64,000 nt of DNA from an uncultured delta proteobacterium (GCA_963716895.1 CAVQUJ010000006.1:175750-239749), one strand, 5' to 3'. Numbered from the stretch's first letter, positions 1-10,436 are shown. Numbers and translations are program-made. The notes: generated by a model from the sequence alone, not told the origin.

Positions 1-2
1 TG

Positions 3-266
3 CTCCACCGCGGCAACGGCTACCTGCTCGCGCTGCTGCTCGGCGTCGCGGCCACGGCAGCGCGCGGGCGCGGCGCGCTCGGCCGGACGCTCGGCCTCGC
101 CGCAGCGCTCGGTCTTGCGCAGGTCGTGGTGGGGATCCTGAACGTGCGGCTCGGGCTGCCGGTCGAGGTGACCGGGCTCCACTCCGCGCTCGCCGCCGGC
201 CTCGTGCTATCTCTCGCCGCCGCGGGCTTCCTTTCTTCGGGTTCGGGGAGCAGGAGTCACCCTTGA
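3..266 (+). CDS. C-terminal fragment of a polytopic membrane protein, heme A synthase (CtaA/COX15)-like; gene starts upstream of the window
   Basis: Frame 3 is open from the window edge: LHRGNGYLLALLLGVAATAA...LAQVVVGILNVRLGLPVEVTGLHSALAAGLVLSLAAAGF, stop TGA 264-266. Hydrophobic helices with HR..G and a His in the last helix resemble CtaA/COX15 C-termini. Absent from the ORF track because it has no start in the window. Confidence 0.4.
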   Translation, partial: LHRGNGYLLALLLGVAATAARGRGALGRTLGLAAALGLAQVVVGILNVRLGLPVEVTGLHSALAAGLVLSLAAAGFLSSGSGSRSHP

Positions 267-751
267 AGGCGTACCAGGTGTTCGCGCGCATGACGCCCGA
301 GCGCACCCATCTGCTGCTCGAGAGCCTGCGCGAGGGAGCGCCCGGCGTCTACATGCAGGCGCTCGCGGCGGCGAGCGCGTGGCTGCGCGCGCGCCCGCAG
401 TTCGTGCTGAAGCAGAGCCCCGACAAGCGCGCGAAGCTCGTGCGCCAGGCGCTCGCGCGGTTCTCGACGAGCATCGTGGCCGAAGAGGTGCTCGCCGCCT
501 ACTTCCTCCAGGTGAAGAAGCCGCTGCTGATCGAGTGGCTCGACGCGGTCGGCCTCGAGCACGAGGACGGGGGTCTGAAATCCGACGCGCCGCCCGAGCC
601 CGCGCGCAGCGTGCTCGAGCGGGCGGTCGCCGCCTACCGCGCGAAGCCCGACGACGCGGCCGACCGCGAGCTGCTGCTCGAGGCCTTCGCCGCCCAGAGC
701 GCGATCGACTGGCCCGTGCTCGAGGAGCTGATCGGCGCCCCGCCCGGCTGA
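263..751 (+). CDS. hypothetical protein (162 aa)
   Basis: Intact ORF with coding-like composition. TTG start at 263 overlaps the upstream stop (TTGA) and lies 6 nt after AGGAG (252-256). No family recognised. Confidence 0.6.
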   Translation: MKAYQVFARMTPERTHLLLESLREGAPGVYMQALAAASAWLRARPQFVLKQSPDKRAKLVRQALARFSTSIVAEEVLAAYFLQVKKPLLIEWLDAVGLEHEDGGLKSDAPPEPARSVLERAVAAYRAKPDDAADRELLLEAFAAQSAIDWPVLEELIGAPPG

Positions 752-846
752 GCGTGCCCGCAGCGCCACCCGTCTTGTCAGCATGCTGCTCGCTTGCGGC
801 CCCCCAGCGACGGTGGCAGCCCCGTCGTCTGCTAGGGTGAGCTTCC

Positions 847-3800
847 GTGGACGCGCTCGCCTCGTTCCATCCGGTCGTGCGCGCGTGGTTCGAGCGGCGC
901 TTCCCGGCGGGCCCCACCGAGCCGCAGGCGCGGGGCTGGCCCGCCATCGCGCGCGGCCGCGACACGCTGATCGCGGCGCCGACCGGCTCCGGCAAGACGC
1001 TCGCGGCGTTCCTCGTGTGCATCGATCGGCTGCTGCGCGAGGCGGAGGCGCAGGGCGGCGCGCTGCCCGACGCCACCGACGTCGTCTACGTCTCGCCGCT
1101 CAAGGCGCTCACCACCGACGTGCAGAAGAACCTGGCGACGCCGCTCGCCGAGCTCCGCGCGCTCGCGGCCGAGCGCGGGCTCGCGCTGCCCGAGATCCGC
1201 GCGCTGCTGCGCACCGGCGACACCACCGCCGCCGCGCGCGCCGCCATGCTGCGGCGCCCGCCGCACCTCCTCGTCACGACGCCCGAGTCGCTGTTCCTGC
1301 TGCTCACGTCGGAGCGCAGCCGCGAGCGGCTGCGCAAGGTGCGCACCGTGATCGTCGACGAGATCCACGCGCTGGCCGGCGACAAGCGCGGCGCGCATCT
1401 GGCGCTCAGCCTCGAGCGGCTCGAGGCGCTGTGCGACGCGCGGCCGCTGCGCATCGGCCTCTCCGCCACGCAGCACCCGATCGAGACGACCGCGCGCTTG
1501 CTCGTCGGCGTCGAGCCCTGCGCGCAGCCTGCGCGATCGTCGACCTCGGCCCGCGCCGCGACCTCGACCTCGCGCGTCGAGGTGCCCGGCAGCGAGCTCG
1601 GCCCGGTGGCGTCGCACGAGCAGTGGGACGAGATCCTCGACCGCATCGCCGAGCAGGTGACGGCCGCACCGCACGACGCTCGTGTTCGTGAACACGCGCC
1701 GGCTGGCGGAGCGCGTCGCGCACCACCTGGCGGAGCGGCTCGGCGAGGAGCAGGTCGCGGCGCACCACGGCAGCCTGTCGAAGGAGCGGCGCCTGCGCGT
1801 CGAGGAGCGCCTGAAGGCCGGCGAGCTGCGCGCGCTCGTCGCGACGGCGTCGCTCGAGCTCGGCATCGACATCGGCCCGGTCGAGCTGGTGTGCCAGATC
1901 GGCTCGCCGCGCAGCCTCGCGACGTTGCTCCAGCGCGTCGGCCGCTCCGGCCACGCGCGCGGCATGACGCCGAAGGGCCGGCTCTTCCCACCACGCGCGA
2001 CGAGCTGGTCGAGTGCGCGGCGCGGTGCGCGGCGTCCGCCACGGCCGGCTCGACCGCGTGCTGCCGCCGCGCGCGCCGCTCGACATCCTCGCGCAGCAGA
2101 TCGTCGCGGCCTGCGCGCGCGCGAGCCTGGCGCGAGGACGAGCTCTTCGACGCTCGTGCGGCGCGCGGCGCCCTACGCCGCGCTCTCGCGCGAGGACTTC
2201 GACGCCGTCGTCGAGCTGGTCTCCGAGGGCGTGCAGACGGGGCGCGGGCGCCGCGGCGCGCACCTCCACCGCGACCGGGTCAACGGCATGCTGCGCGGCC
2301 GGCGCGGCGCGCGCATCGCCGCGCTCACCTCGGGCGGCGCGATCCCCGAGATCGCCGACTACCGCGTCGTGCTCGATCCGGACGACACGTTCATCGGCAC
2401 GGTGAACGAGGACTGGGCGATCGAGAGCATGGCCGGCGACATCTTCCTGCTGGGCAGCACCTCGTGGCGGATCCGGCGCGTCGAGCCGCGGCGTGGTGCG
2501 CGTCGAGGACGCGCAGCGGCGCGCCGCCGACGGTGCCGTTCTGGCTGGGCGAGGCGCCGGCGCGCACGTGCGAGCTGTCCGCCGAGGTCTCTGCGCTGCG
2601 CGCGGACGTGGCGGAGCGGCTCGCGCGCGGCGACGCGGCCGGCGCGGCGGCGTGGCTCGCAGTCGGAGGCGGGCCTCGACGCGGGCGGCGCCGAGCAGGT
2701 CGTGCGCTACCTCGCGGCGGGCCGGCAGGCGCTCGGCGTCGTGCCGACGCACGCAGGACGTCGTGTTCGAGCGCTTCTTCGACGACGCGGGCGGCATGCA
2801 GCTCGTGGTGCACGCGCCGTTCGGCGGGCGCGTCAACCGCGCGCTCGGGCTGGCGCTGCGCAAGCGCTTCTGCCGCACGTTCGACTTCGAGCTGCAGGCC
2901 GCGGCGACCGACGACGCGGTGGTGCTCTCGCTCGGCGCCGCAGCACAGCTTCCCGCTCGAAGACGGTTCGCGCTTCCTGCTCGCCCGCCACGGCGCGCGA
3001 GACGCTCGAGCAGGCGCTGCTCCTCGCGCCGATGTTCGGCGGCGCGCTGGCGCTGGAACGCGACGCGCGCGCTCGCGGTGCTGCGGCAGCGCGGCGGCAA
3101 GCGCGTGCCGCCGCCGATCCAGCGCATGCGGCGGACGACCTGATGGCGGCGGTGTTCCCGGCGCTCGCCGCCTGCCAGGAGAACGCTCACCGGCCCGGTC
3201 GAGCTGCCGGACCACCCGCTGATGCGCCAGACGCTGCACGACTGCCTGCTCGGAGGCCGTCGACGTGGACGGCCTCGTCGCGCTGCTCGAGGCGATGCGA
3301 GCGGCGCGAGATGCGCGTGCACGCGCGCGACACGACGGAGCCATCGCCGTTCTCGCACGAGATCCTGAACGCGCAAGCCGTACACGTATCTCGACGACGC
3401 GCCGCTCGAGGAGCGGCGCACGCGCGCCGTCTCGATCCGGCGCGACGCTGCCCGAGCACGCGCGCGACCTCGGCGCGCTCGACCCCGAGGCGATCGCGCG
3501 CGTGCGCGAGCGAGGCGCGCCCCGAGCCGCGCGACGCCGAGGAGCTGCACGACGCGCTGCTCGAGCTCGTGGTGCGCGGCGCCCGAGCCCGCGTGGCGAG
3601 AGCTGGTTCGCCGAGCTCGTGGCGGCGGGCCGGGCGGCGCGCGTCGAGACGGCCGGTGGCGAGCGCTGGCTCGCGACCGAGGCGCGGCCGCGCCGTCGAG
3701 GCGCTCTTCCCGGGCGCCGCGCTCGCGCCCGACGTGACGCTGCCCGCGGCGCTCGCCGCGCGGCCCGCGGCCGAGCGACGAGGACGCCGCCGTGGCGGCC

Positions 3801-5091
3801 GTGCGCGGCCATCTCTCGGCCTGCGGCCCGGTCACCGTCGACGCGCTCGCCGCACGCACGGCGCTCGCGCCGTCGCTCGTCGAGATCGCGCTCGCGCGCC
3901 TCGAGGGCGAGGGCTTCGTGCTGCGCGGGCGCTTCTCGCCGGAGCGACGGGGCCGAGGAGTTCTGCGACCGGCGCCTGCTCGCGCGCATCCATCGCTACA
4001 CGATCGACCGCCTGCGCCGCGAGATCGAGCCGGTGAGCGCGCAGGACTTCGTGCGCTTCCTGCTGCGCTGGCAGCACGCGGCGCCGCACGCGCAGCTCGA
4101 GGGTAAGCGCGGGCTGCTCGCCGTGATCGCGCAGCTCCAGGGCTTCGAGCTCGCGGCCTCCGCCTGGGAGGAGAGCGTGCTGCCGGCGCGCGTGGCGAGC
4201 TACCGCCCGGAGTGGCTCGACGACCTGTGCCTCTCGGGCGAGATCGCCTGGGCGCGTCTCGCGCCGCGCGGCGCCGCCGCCGTGGACGAAGACGACGAGC
4301 CCGCCGCCGCCGGCCGCGGCGGCCTCGTCCCCTCGCGCGGGACGACGCTCTCGTTCGTGGCGCGCGACGCCCTGCCCTGGCTGCTCGCAGCCGCGCGCGG
4401 CGAGACCCGGCCGCCCGAGCCCGGCGAAGGCGCGGCGCGCGAGCTGCTCGAGCGCCTGCGCTCGCGCGGCGCGCTCTTCCAGGAGGAGCTGGTGACGCTC
4501 GCGGGCCGGCTGCCGATCGAAGTCGAGGAAGGGCTCTGGGATCTGGTGGCGCGCGGCCTCGTCACCGCCGACGGCTTCGCGGGCGTGCGCGCGCTGCTCG
4601 GCGCACGCCGGCGCCACGGGCGCACGCGTCCGCGGCGGGCCGTGCGCGGCGCCCGAGCCGAGGGCCGCTGGGCGCTGGTGCCGGAGCCCGAGCACGGCGC
4701 AGACCCGGAGTCGCTCGCCGAGCGGGTGGCCGCGCAGCTGCTCGCGCGCTGCGGCGTCGTGTTCCGCGACCTGCTCGCGCGCGAGAACCTCGCCGTGCCC
4801 TGGCGCGAGGTGCTCTGGGCGCTGCGCCGCATGGAGGCGCGCGGGAGCGCGCGCGGCGGCCGCTTCGTGACGGGCTTCGTCGGCGAGCAGTACGCGCTGC
4901 CCGACGCCGTCGATGCGCTGCGCGAGATGCGGCGCCGCGAGCGCACGGGCGAGCTCGTGCACCTCTCCGCCGCGGATCCGCTCAACCTGGTCGGCATCGT
5001 GCTGCCCGGCGCCCGCGTGCCCGCGCTGCGCACGCGCACCGTCAGCTACCGGGACGGACTGCCCGTCGAGGCTGCGCTGGCGCTCGGCTAG
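847..5091 (+). pseudogene. lhr: Lhr-family ATP-dependent DEAD/DEAH-box helicase (about 1415 codons), readable only with many frame switches
   Basis: GTG 847. MDALASFHPVVRAWFERRF, Walker A AAPTGSGKT, VIVDEIH box, helicase-C part [32 protein letters not shown], middle [29 protein letters not shown]-terminal [27 protein letters not shown]...ADPLNLVGIVLPG. The pieces lie in ORFs 847-, 783-, 1682-, 2013-, 2493- and 3265-5091, i.e. at least 8 frame changes. Confidence 0.8.
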
Positions 5092-5942
5092 CTCCGCAGC
5101 GTGATCGCCGCGTTCGAGAGCACGGGCGTGCCGCGCTCCTTGCTCTTCGAGGCGAGCAGCAGCTGGTTCCCCTCGCGCCAGACCGACGTCACCATCGTCT
5201 CGCCCGGGAAGAACACGCCGGCGAAGCGCGCCTGGTAGCGCGCCACCTTCGTGACGTCGCCCGCGAGCGCGTGATCGACGGCCGCCTTGCAGACGATCCC
5301 GAACGAGCAGAGTCCGTGCAGAATGGGCGTGTCGAACCCGCCCATCTTCGCGAAGGCCGGATCGGCGTGGAGCGGGTTCTTGTCGCCGGACAGGCGATAG
5401 AGCAGCGCCTGCTGCGGCAGCGTCTTCGACTCGAGCGTGAGATCGGCCGCGCGCGCGGGCGCCTCGTTGCCGGCCTTCGGGCCGGCGTCTCCGCCGAAGC
5501 CACCTTCACCGCGGAGGAACAGCGAGAAGCGGTTCGTGAAGAGCGGCGCCCCGCCCTCGCTCGTCTTCACCTCGAGCACGACCAGCGCGGCCTTGCCCTT
5601 GTCGTAGATCCCGGCGATGCGCACCTGGTTCTCGAGCTTCGCTTGCGTCGGCAGCGGCCGGTGGATCTCGATGTCCTGCTCGCCATGGAGCAGCATGGCC
5701 GGGTTGAACTTGAGCCCCTCGACGCCGAAGAGCGACGCGCCCATCGAGGAGAACACCGGGACCACGCAGAAGCTCGGCAGCACCTTGAGGTTCTTCTCGT
5801 AGGTGTACTCGAGCTCGTTCGTGTCGGTGGCGGGCACGCCCGCACCGATGCCGAGGTGGTAGAGGATCACGTCGTCCACCTCGTAGGACGAGGTGTTGAC
5901 GGGGAACTTGGCGGCGAGCGCCTTCTGCGGCTCGATCGGCAT
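5088..5942 (-). CDS. MaoC-like (R)-specific enoyl-CoA hydratase, double hot-dog (MFE-2 hydratase-2 domain / Hsd4B-like)
   Basis: Intact 284 aa. Hydratase-2 motif YRLSGDKNPLHADPAFAK. RBS AGGAGAAC before ATG 5942. Stop shares CTAG 5088-5091 with lhr. Confidence 0.85.
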   Translation of the reverse strand: MPIEPQKALAAKFPVNTSSYEVDDVILYHLGIGAGVPATDTNELEYTYEKNLKVLPSFCVVPVFSSMGASLFGVEGLKFNPAMLLHGEQDIEIHRPLPTQAKLENQVRIAGIYDKGKAALVVLEVKTSEGGAPLFTNRFSLFLRGEGGFGGDAGPKAGNEAPARAADLTLESKTLPQQALLYRLSGDKNPLHADPAFAKMGGFDTPILHGLCSFGIVCKAAVDHALAGDVTKVARYQARFAGVFFPGETMVTSVWREGNQLLLASKSKERGTPVLSNAAITLRS

Positions 5943-6080
5943 CGTGTTCTCCTGTTCTTCTAGCGAGTGTTCGAGTGGCTCAGCTGCGGCGCGCAGCGCC
6001 GTCAGCTGCAGCCACCAGTCTCTGCGAAGGAGGGTGCCGGGTTCCCCCAGCGACGAGCCTCGAAGATCGAGCCCTCCCCA

Positions 6081-6989
6081 CTACTTGCCTTGCATCAGGT
6101 TGGCGACCATGCGCATCTCGTCGCCGATCCCGCTCGGGATGATGTACCCGCTGGGGTCGCGGATCTGGTCGATGTGCGCGGCGATCTCCTCGACCGTGGC
6201 CGGCTGGCCCGGACCCTTCGCCCAGCCCTGGTTCATGCCGATGAAGATGCGCGCGTAGCGGCCGCCGCCCACGTCGAAGATCTCGTGCGAGAGCTCGCAC
6301 TGCTCCGACACCAGGAAGACGACGAGCGGCGTCACGCAGTCGGGTGAGAGCTTGTCGGCCATCGGGCCGAGCAGCTGCTCCGTGAGGCGCGTCTTCGCGA
6401 TCGGCGCGATCACGTTGCTCTTGATGTTGTTCTTGGCGCCTTCTTGCGCGAGCACGTTCGAGAGCCCGACCAGGCCCATCTTCGCCGCGCCGTAGTTCGA
6501 TTGGCCGAAGTTGCCGAACACACCGGCGCCCGACGCGGTGAACAGCAGACGCCCGTAGTTCTGCTCCTTCATCACGCGGAAGGCGGGCTGCGACACGTAG
6601 AAGGCGCCCTTCAGGTGCACGTCGAGGACGATGTCGAGATCCTCGGGCGCGAGCTTCGCGAACGTCTTGTCGCGCAGGATGCCCGCGTTGTTGATCACGA
6701 CGTCCACGCGGCCGAAGTTGTCGAGCGCGGCCTTGATGATCGCCTCGCCGCCCTCGGGCGTGGAGACGGAGTCGTAGTTCGCGACGGCCTTGCCGCCGGC
6801 CTCGACGATCTGCTTGACGGTCTCGTCGGCCATGCTGCTGCTGGCGCCGCTGCCGTCGGCCTTCCCGCCGAGGTCGTTGGCGACGATCATGCCGCCGCGC
6901 TTCGCGATCTCGAGGGCGTACGTGCGACCGAGGCCGCCGCCGGCGCCGGTGATGACGGCGACGCGGCCGTCGAAGCGAAGTCCTGCCAT
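6081..6989 (-). CDS. short-chain dehydrogenase, 3-hydroxyacyl-CoA dehydrogenase type (MFE-2 dehydrogenase domain / Hsd4A-like)
   Basis: MAGLRFDGRVAVITGAGGGLGRTYA (TGxxxGxG), VINNAGIL, SNYGAAKMG (YxxxK). ATG at 6989 preceded by GAGGAGAT. The upstream part of the 377-aa ORF is Arg/Pro-rich non-coding extension. Confidence 0.85.
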   Translation of the reverse strand: MAGLRFDGRVAVITGAGGGLGRTYALEIAKRGGMIVANDLGGKADGSGASSSMADETVKQIVEAGGKAVANYDSVSTPEGGEAIIKAALDNFGRVDVVINNAGILRDKTFAKLAPEDLDIVLDVHLKGAFYVSQPAFRVMKEQNYGRLLFTASGAGVFGNFGQSNYGAAKMGLVGLSNVLAQEGAKNNIKSNVIAPIAKTRLTEQLLGPMADKLSPDCVTPLVVFLVSEQCELSHEIFDVGGGRYARIFIGMNQGWAKGPGQPATVEEIAAHIDQIRDPSGYIIPSGIGDEMRMVANLMQGK

Positions 6990-7026
6990 GGGGGATCTCC
7001 TCGTCGGGGGTTTCGGGGCGCGGAAT

Positions 7027-8481
7027 CTAGCGCGGAGCCAACCGGAACGCGCTCCAGTCCGGCCGGCGCATGCGCCACCAGTACTCGAGCGTGTAGCCCT
7101 TCCAGTTGTTGGTGACCTTGCCGGACGCCGTCTTGTACCAGCTGCCGCAGCGGGTGGCCCAGACGGTGTCGGCCAGCGCGGCCTGCACTTCGTCGTTGAA
7201 GGCGAGCTGCGCATCTGCCTTCACGTCGAGCCACGCGCGCCCGCTGCGCGAGAGCTCGGCGAGGCACTCGAGGATGTACCGCACCTGCGCCTCGATCATG
7301 AACAGGATCGAGTTGTGGCCGAGGTTGGTGTTCGGCCCGTACATGAGGAACAGGTTCGGGAAGCCGCTGACGGCGACGCCCAGGTAGGCCTCGGCGCCGT
7401 CGCGCCACTGCTCGTGCAGCTTCCTGCCGCCGAGCCCTTCGATCTCGATCGGCGCGAGGAAGCTCGTGGTCTCGAAGCCGGTGCCGTAGACGATCACGTC
7501 GGCGGGATGCGTCTTGCCGTCCCGCGTCACGACGCCGTCGGCCGCGATGCGCTCGATGCTGCTCGTCACCACCGCCACGTTCTCGCGGCGCAGCGCCGGG
7601 ATGTAGTCGTCGGAGATGAGCAGGCGCTTGCAGCCGGGCGCGTAGTCGGGCGTGAGGATCTCGCGCAGCTTCGGGTCGGGGATCTCGGCCGCGAGGTAGT
7701 CCTTCGCCGCCTGCCGGATGCGGCGTGCCAGCCAGCCCTCGCCGCGGCCGCGAAACACCGCGAAGCGCAGCTCGAAGCTCCCCCAGATCCACCAGCGGTA
7801 GAGGCGCTCGAGGCCCGGCACGCGCGCGAACAGCCGCTTCGCGCGCTCGCTGTAGGCGTAGTCGAAGCGCGGCATCACATAGTTCGGCGTGCGCTGGAAG
7901 ACGTCGACGTGCGCCGCCTGCTCGGCCACGGGCGGCACGAACTGCACCGCGCTCGCCGCGTTGCCGATCACCGCGACGCGCTTGCCGGCGAGCGCCACGC
8001 CGTGATCCCAGCGCGCGGAGTGGAAGGCCGCGCCCCGGAACGTGCTCTGGCCGGGGAAGTCGGGCACGTGCGGCCGGTTCAGCTGGCCGACACCCGAGGC
8101 GAGCACCTCCGCCTCGTGCTCTTCACCGGCCGCGGTGCGGAGGCGCCACACGCCCGCCGCCTCGTCGAAGCGCGCGCTCGCGATCTCCGTGCCGAAGCGG
8201 ATGTGCTCTCGCAGCCCGTACTTGTCCACGACGTGACGGAAGTAGTCCTGGATCTCCGCCTGCGGCGAGAACTTCCGCGACCAGTCCGCCTTCCGCTCGA
8301 ACGAGAACGAGTAGAAGTGCGACGGCACGTCGCAGCACGCGCCCGGATAGCGGTTGTCGTGCCAGGTGCCGCCGACGTCCGACGACTTCTCGAAGAGCGT
8401 GAAGTCGCGGAAGCCGGCCTCGAGCAGCTTCACGCCGAGGCAGATGCCCGACGCCCCGGCGCCGAGGATCGCTACGCGCAC
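7027..8481 (-). CDS. Baeyer-Villiger / flavin-containing monooxygenase (type I BVMO)
   Basis: Intact 484 aa. FAD GxGxxG (ILGAGASG), BVMO fingerprint FRGAAFHSARW (FxGxxxHxxxW), second Rossmann VAVIGNAASAVQ. GTG start 8481 with GGAGG 7 nt upstream. Confidence 0.85.
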   Translation of the reverse strand: MRVAILGAGASGICLGVKLLEAGFRDFTLFEKSSDVGGTWHDNRYPGACCDVPSHFYSFSFERKADWSRKFSPQAEIQDYFRHVVDKYGLREHIRFGTEIASARFDEAAGVWRLRTAAGEEHEAEVLASGVGQLNRPHVPDFPGQSTFRGAAFHSARWDHGVALAGKRVAVIGNAASAVQFVPPVAEQAAHVDVFQRTPNYVMPRFDYAYSERAKRLFARVPGLERLYRWWIWGSFELRFAVFRGRGEGWLARRIRQAAKDYLAAEIPDPKLREILTPDYAPGCKRLLISDDYIPALRRENVAVVTSSIERIAADGVVTRDGKTHPADVIVYGTGFETTSFLAPIEIEGLGGRKLHEQWRDGAEAYLGVAVSGFPNLFLMYGPNTNLGHNSILFMIEAQVRYILECLAELSRSGRAWLDVKADAQLAFNDEVQAALADTVWATRCGSWYKTASGKVTNNWKGYTLEYWWRMRRPDWSAFRLAPR

Positions 8482-8655
8482 GCGCGGACCTCCGCGACAC
8501 GGGGACGGGAGGGCCGGGCTGCGCAGGGCCGGTCACCGGGCTCGGCCAACTGGCGTGATGTCCGCGAGGTCTCCAACACGCCAGTCCCACCTGTGAGCCG
8601 AGGCCCGGAGCAGCCCGGCCTTCCCGGCCCTGCCTCGAGGCCCGTCTTCACGCGT

Positions 8656-9780
8656 TCACCCGGCCCGCTTCAGCACCTTGCTGATCGGCTTGCTCTTGGC
8701 CGCGTTGATGTCGCGCAGCTCGAGCACCGTGGCGTCGGCGATGTCGGTGCCCACCACCTCGTCGCCCTCGCCCCGCAGCTCCTCCATGTCCACCCAGGCG
8801 GCGTACACGTGCTTGGTGCGGTCGGTGATGATGCCGGCCTTGAACAGCGTCTTGATCAGCACGCGGAAGATGTTCGTGCTCTGGCGCATGACCTGGCGGC
8901 GGTCGTTGTCGGTGAAGGCCTCGAGCACCGCGCCGCGCACCCACTGCCAGTCGAGCCCGAAGCGCGGATAGATCGCCTGCTTCTGCTCGGCGTTCACGAG
9001 GTTGAACAGCAGCGTCTGGAAGCACTTCGCCGCCCAGTCCTCGACCTTCTGGTGCTCTTCCTCGGTGAGCTTCGGCACGGTGCGGTCGGCCCAGATCTTG
9101 CCGAAGCGGTGATGGAAGGCTTCGTCGCTCATCACGAGCTGGATCAGCCGGCGCAGCGTCGGGTCGTTGGTCTTGCTGTGGAAGGTGGCGAAGGCGCCCA
9201 TCGCGAGGCCTTCGATCAGCATCTGCATGCCGACGAGCTTCTTGTAGACCTCGGGCGCCAGCACGATGTCGTTCATCAGGTTCGCGAGCGTGGCGCCACA
9301 GCCGAGCGGCTTGCCCCAGCGCTTCTCCACGTACTTCGAGAAGCCGGCCACGTGGCGCGCCTCTTCGCGCGCCTGGTTCGTGGCGTACTCCTGCGCGCCG
9401 GGGTCGCGGAGGATCTGCGCCAGGCTGGTGGACAGCGAGAGCGCGCCCTGCTCGCCGTGGAGGATCGACGAGAGCGAGAAGCGCACGCTCTCGTTGGCGA
9501 GCTGGATCTGCTGGCCCTCGTCGAGCCGGTCCTTCACCGCGCACTGCAGCTCGATCACGAAATCGCGCGGCATGATCAGCTCTTTCTCGACGTCGAGCGG
9601 CTGCAGGTCGAAGTCGATGTACGCCGGATCGTTCGGGTCCCAATGATGGTCGCGCGTGAGCGAGATGATCTCGTCGAAGGCGTCGCAGCGGGTGCCGTAG
9701 CGATCGACCTCGATCATCGACAGGAAGTTGTCGCGATCGACGGTGTTGTACGCGGGGTCGTAGGTGATGTGATCGGCCAT
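8656..9780 (-). CDS. ferritin-like di-iron carboxylate protein (AurF / desaturase-like oxygenase family, tentative)
   Basis: 374 aa from ATG 9780 (RBS GAGAGGAA). Two ExxH motifs (REEARHV, SDEAFHH) plus single Glu helices (HGEQGAL, MLIEGLA), typical of four-helix-bundle di-iron oxygenases. Confidence 0.6.
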   Translation of the reverse strand: MADHITYDPAYNTVDRDNFLSMIEVDRYGTRCDAFDEIISLTRDHHWDPNDPAYIDFDLQPLDVEKELIMPRDFVIELQCAVKDRLDEGQQIQLANESVRFSLSSILHGEQGALSLSTSLAQILRDPGAQEYATNQAREEARHVAGFSKYVEKRWGKPLGCGATLANLMNDIVLAPEVYKKLVGMQMLIEGLAMGAFATFHSKTNDPTLRRLIQLVMSDEAFHHRFGKIWADRTVPKLTEEEHQKVEDWAAKCFQTLLFNLVNAEQKQAIYPRFGLDWQWVRGAVLEAFTDNDRRQVMRQSTNIFRVLIKTLFKAGIITDRTKHVYAAWVDMEELRGEGDEVVGTDIADATVLELRDINAAKSKPISKVLKRAG

Positions 9781-9791
9781 GGTTCCTCTCG

Positions 9792-10400
9792 TCAGCCTGC
9801 GGGCAACAGGCTCGGATTCATGCGGAGCAGCGTCGCGACGACCTCGTCGCGGGTGGCGCGGCTCGGGTCCTCGACCCACCACGCGATCACGCGCGTGAGC
9901 ACGGCGGCGTGCGCCTGGGCGGCGACGGCGGGATGCAGGTCGGCCGGTGCTCGGCCTTCCGCGATGCGCCGCTCGAGCCAGCGCTGGATCTCGGGCACCA
10001 CGGCCTCGCGCACTTCGTCGGCGAGGCCGGCGCCCTCGGCGCGGCCGAAGACCATGCGGATCAGCTCGCGCTTCTCCGCGGCAAACGTGAGGAACTCCTC
10101 CGTGCGGACGCGCGCGTACTCGCGGCTGCCGGGCGTCTGCCCGACGGAGGCGCGCTCCTGGCGCGCGCGCAGCTCGGCGAGCGCGGCGAAGGCGATCTCG
10201 TGGAAGAGGGCCTCCTTGTCCGCGAAGTGGAGATAGAAGGTGCCCGTCGCGACGCCCGCGCGGCGCGCGATCTGCGCGCTGGTCACGCCGTGCAGGCCGC
10301 TCTCCGCGAACAGCGCGATGGCGGCCTCGAGCAGGCGGCGGCGCGTCTCGGCGCGGCTGCGTGCGGGGGCCGATTTGACGTCGAATTCAGCGACTGACAT
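9792..10400 (-). CDS. TetR/AcrR family transcriptional regulator
   Basis: Intact 202 aa. N-terminal HTH RRRLLEAAIALFAESGLHGVTSAQIARRAGVATGTFYLHFADKEALF. Confidence 0.85.
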   Translation of the reverse strand: MSVAEFDVKSAPARSRAETRRRLLEAAIALFAESGLHGVTSAQIARRAGVATGTFYLHFADKEALFHEIAFAALAELRARQERASVGQTPGSREYARVRTEEFLTFAAEKRELIRMVFGRAEGAGLADEVREAVVPEIQRWLERRIAEGRAPADLHPAVAAQAHAAVLTRVIAWWVEDPSRATRDEVVATLLRMNPSLLPAG

Positions 10401-10414
10401 GGAATTCAGTCGCG
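10383..10414. promoter_or_regulatory. candidate TetR operator: AT-richer palindrome straddling the TetR start codon
   Basis: GCGACTGA (10390-10397) / TCAGTCGC (10407-10414) inverted repeat with a 9-nt spacer, embedded in a direct repeat of GAATTCAG (10383-10390, 10402-10409). Conspicuous in otherwise GC-rich DNA. Confidence 0.3.
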
Positions 10415-10436
10415 CAGCCTACACCCGCCCGTCGCG

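Noticed and set aside
6790-10236. 1148-aa plus-strand ORF (and similar giants at 1406-3859, 12818-14506, 27713-30571, 35921-39496, 46928-50437)
   Set aside because: They run antisense or out of frame to genes with clear family motifs. Their translations are Arg/Ala/Pro/Gly-rich with no recognisable domains. Stop codons are rare in all six frames at this GC content, so these are shadow ORFs. Only sub-segments that coincide with real genes (e.g. 37181-37620 inside 35921-39496) were used.
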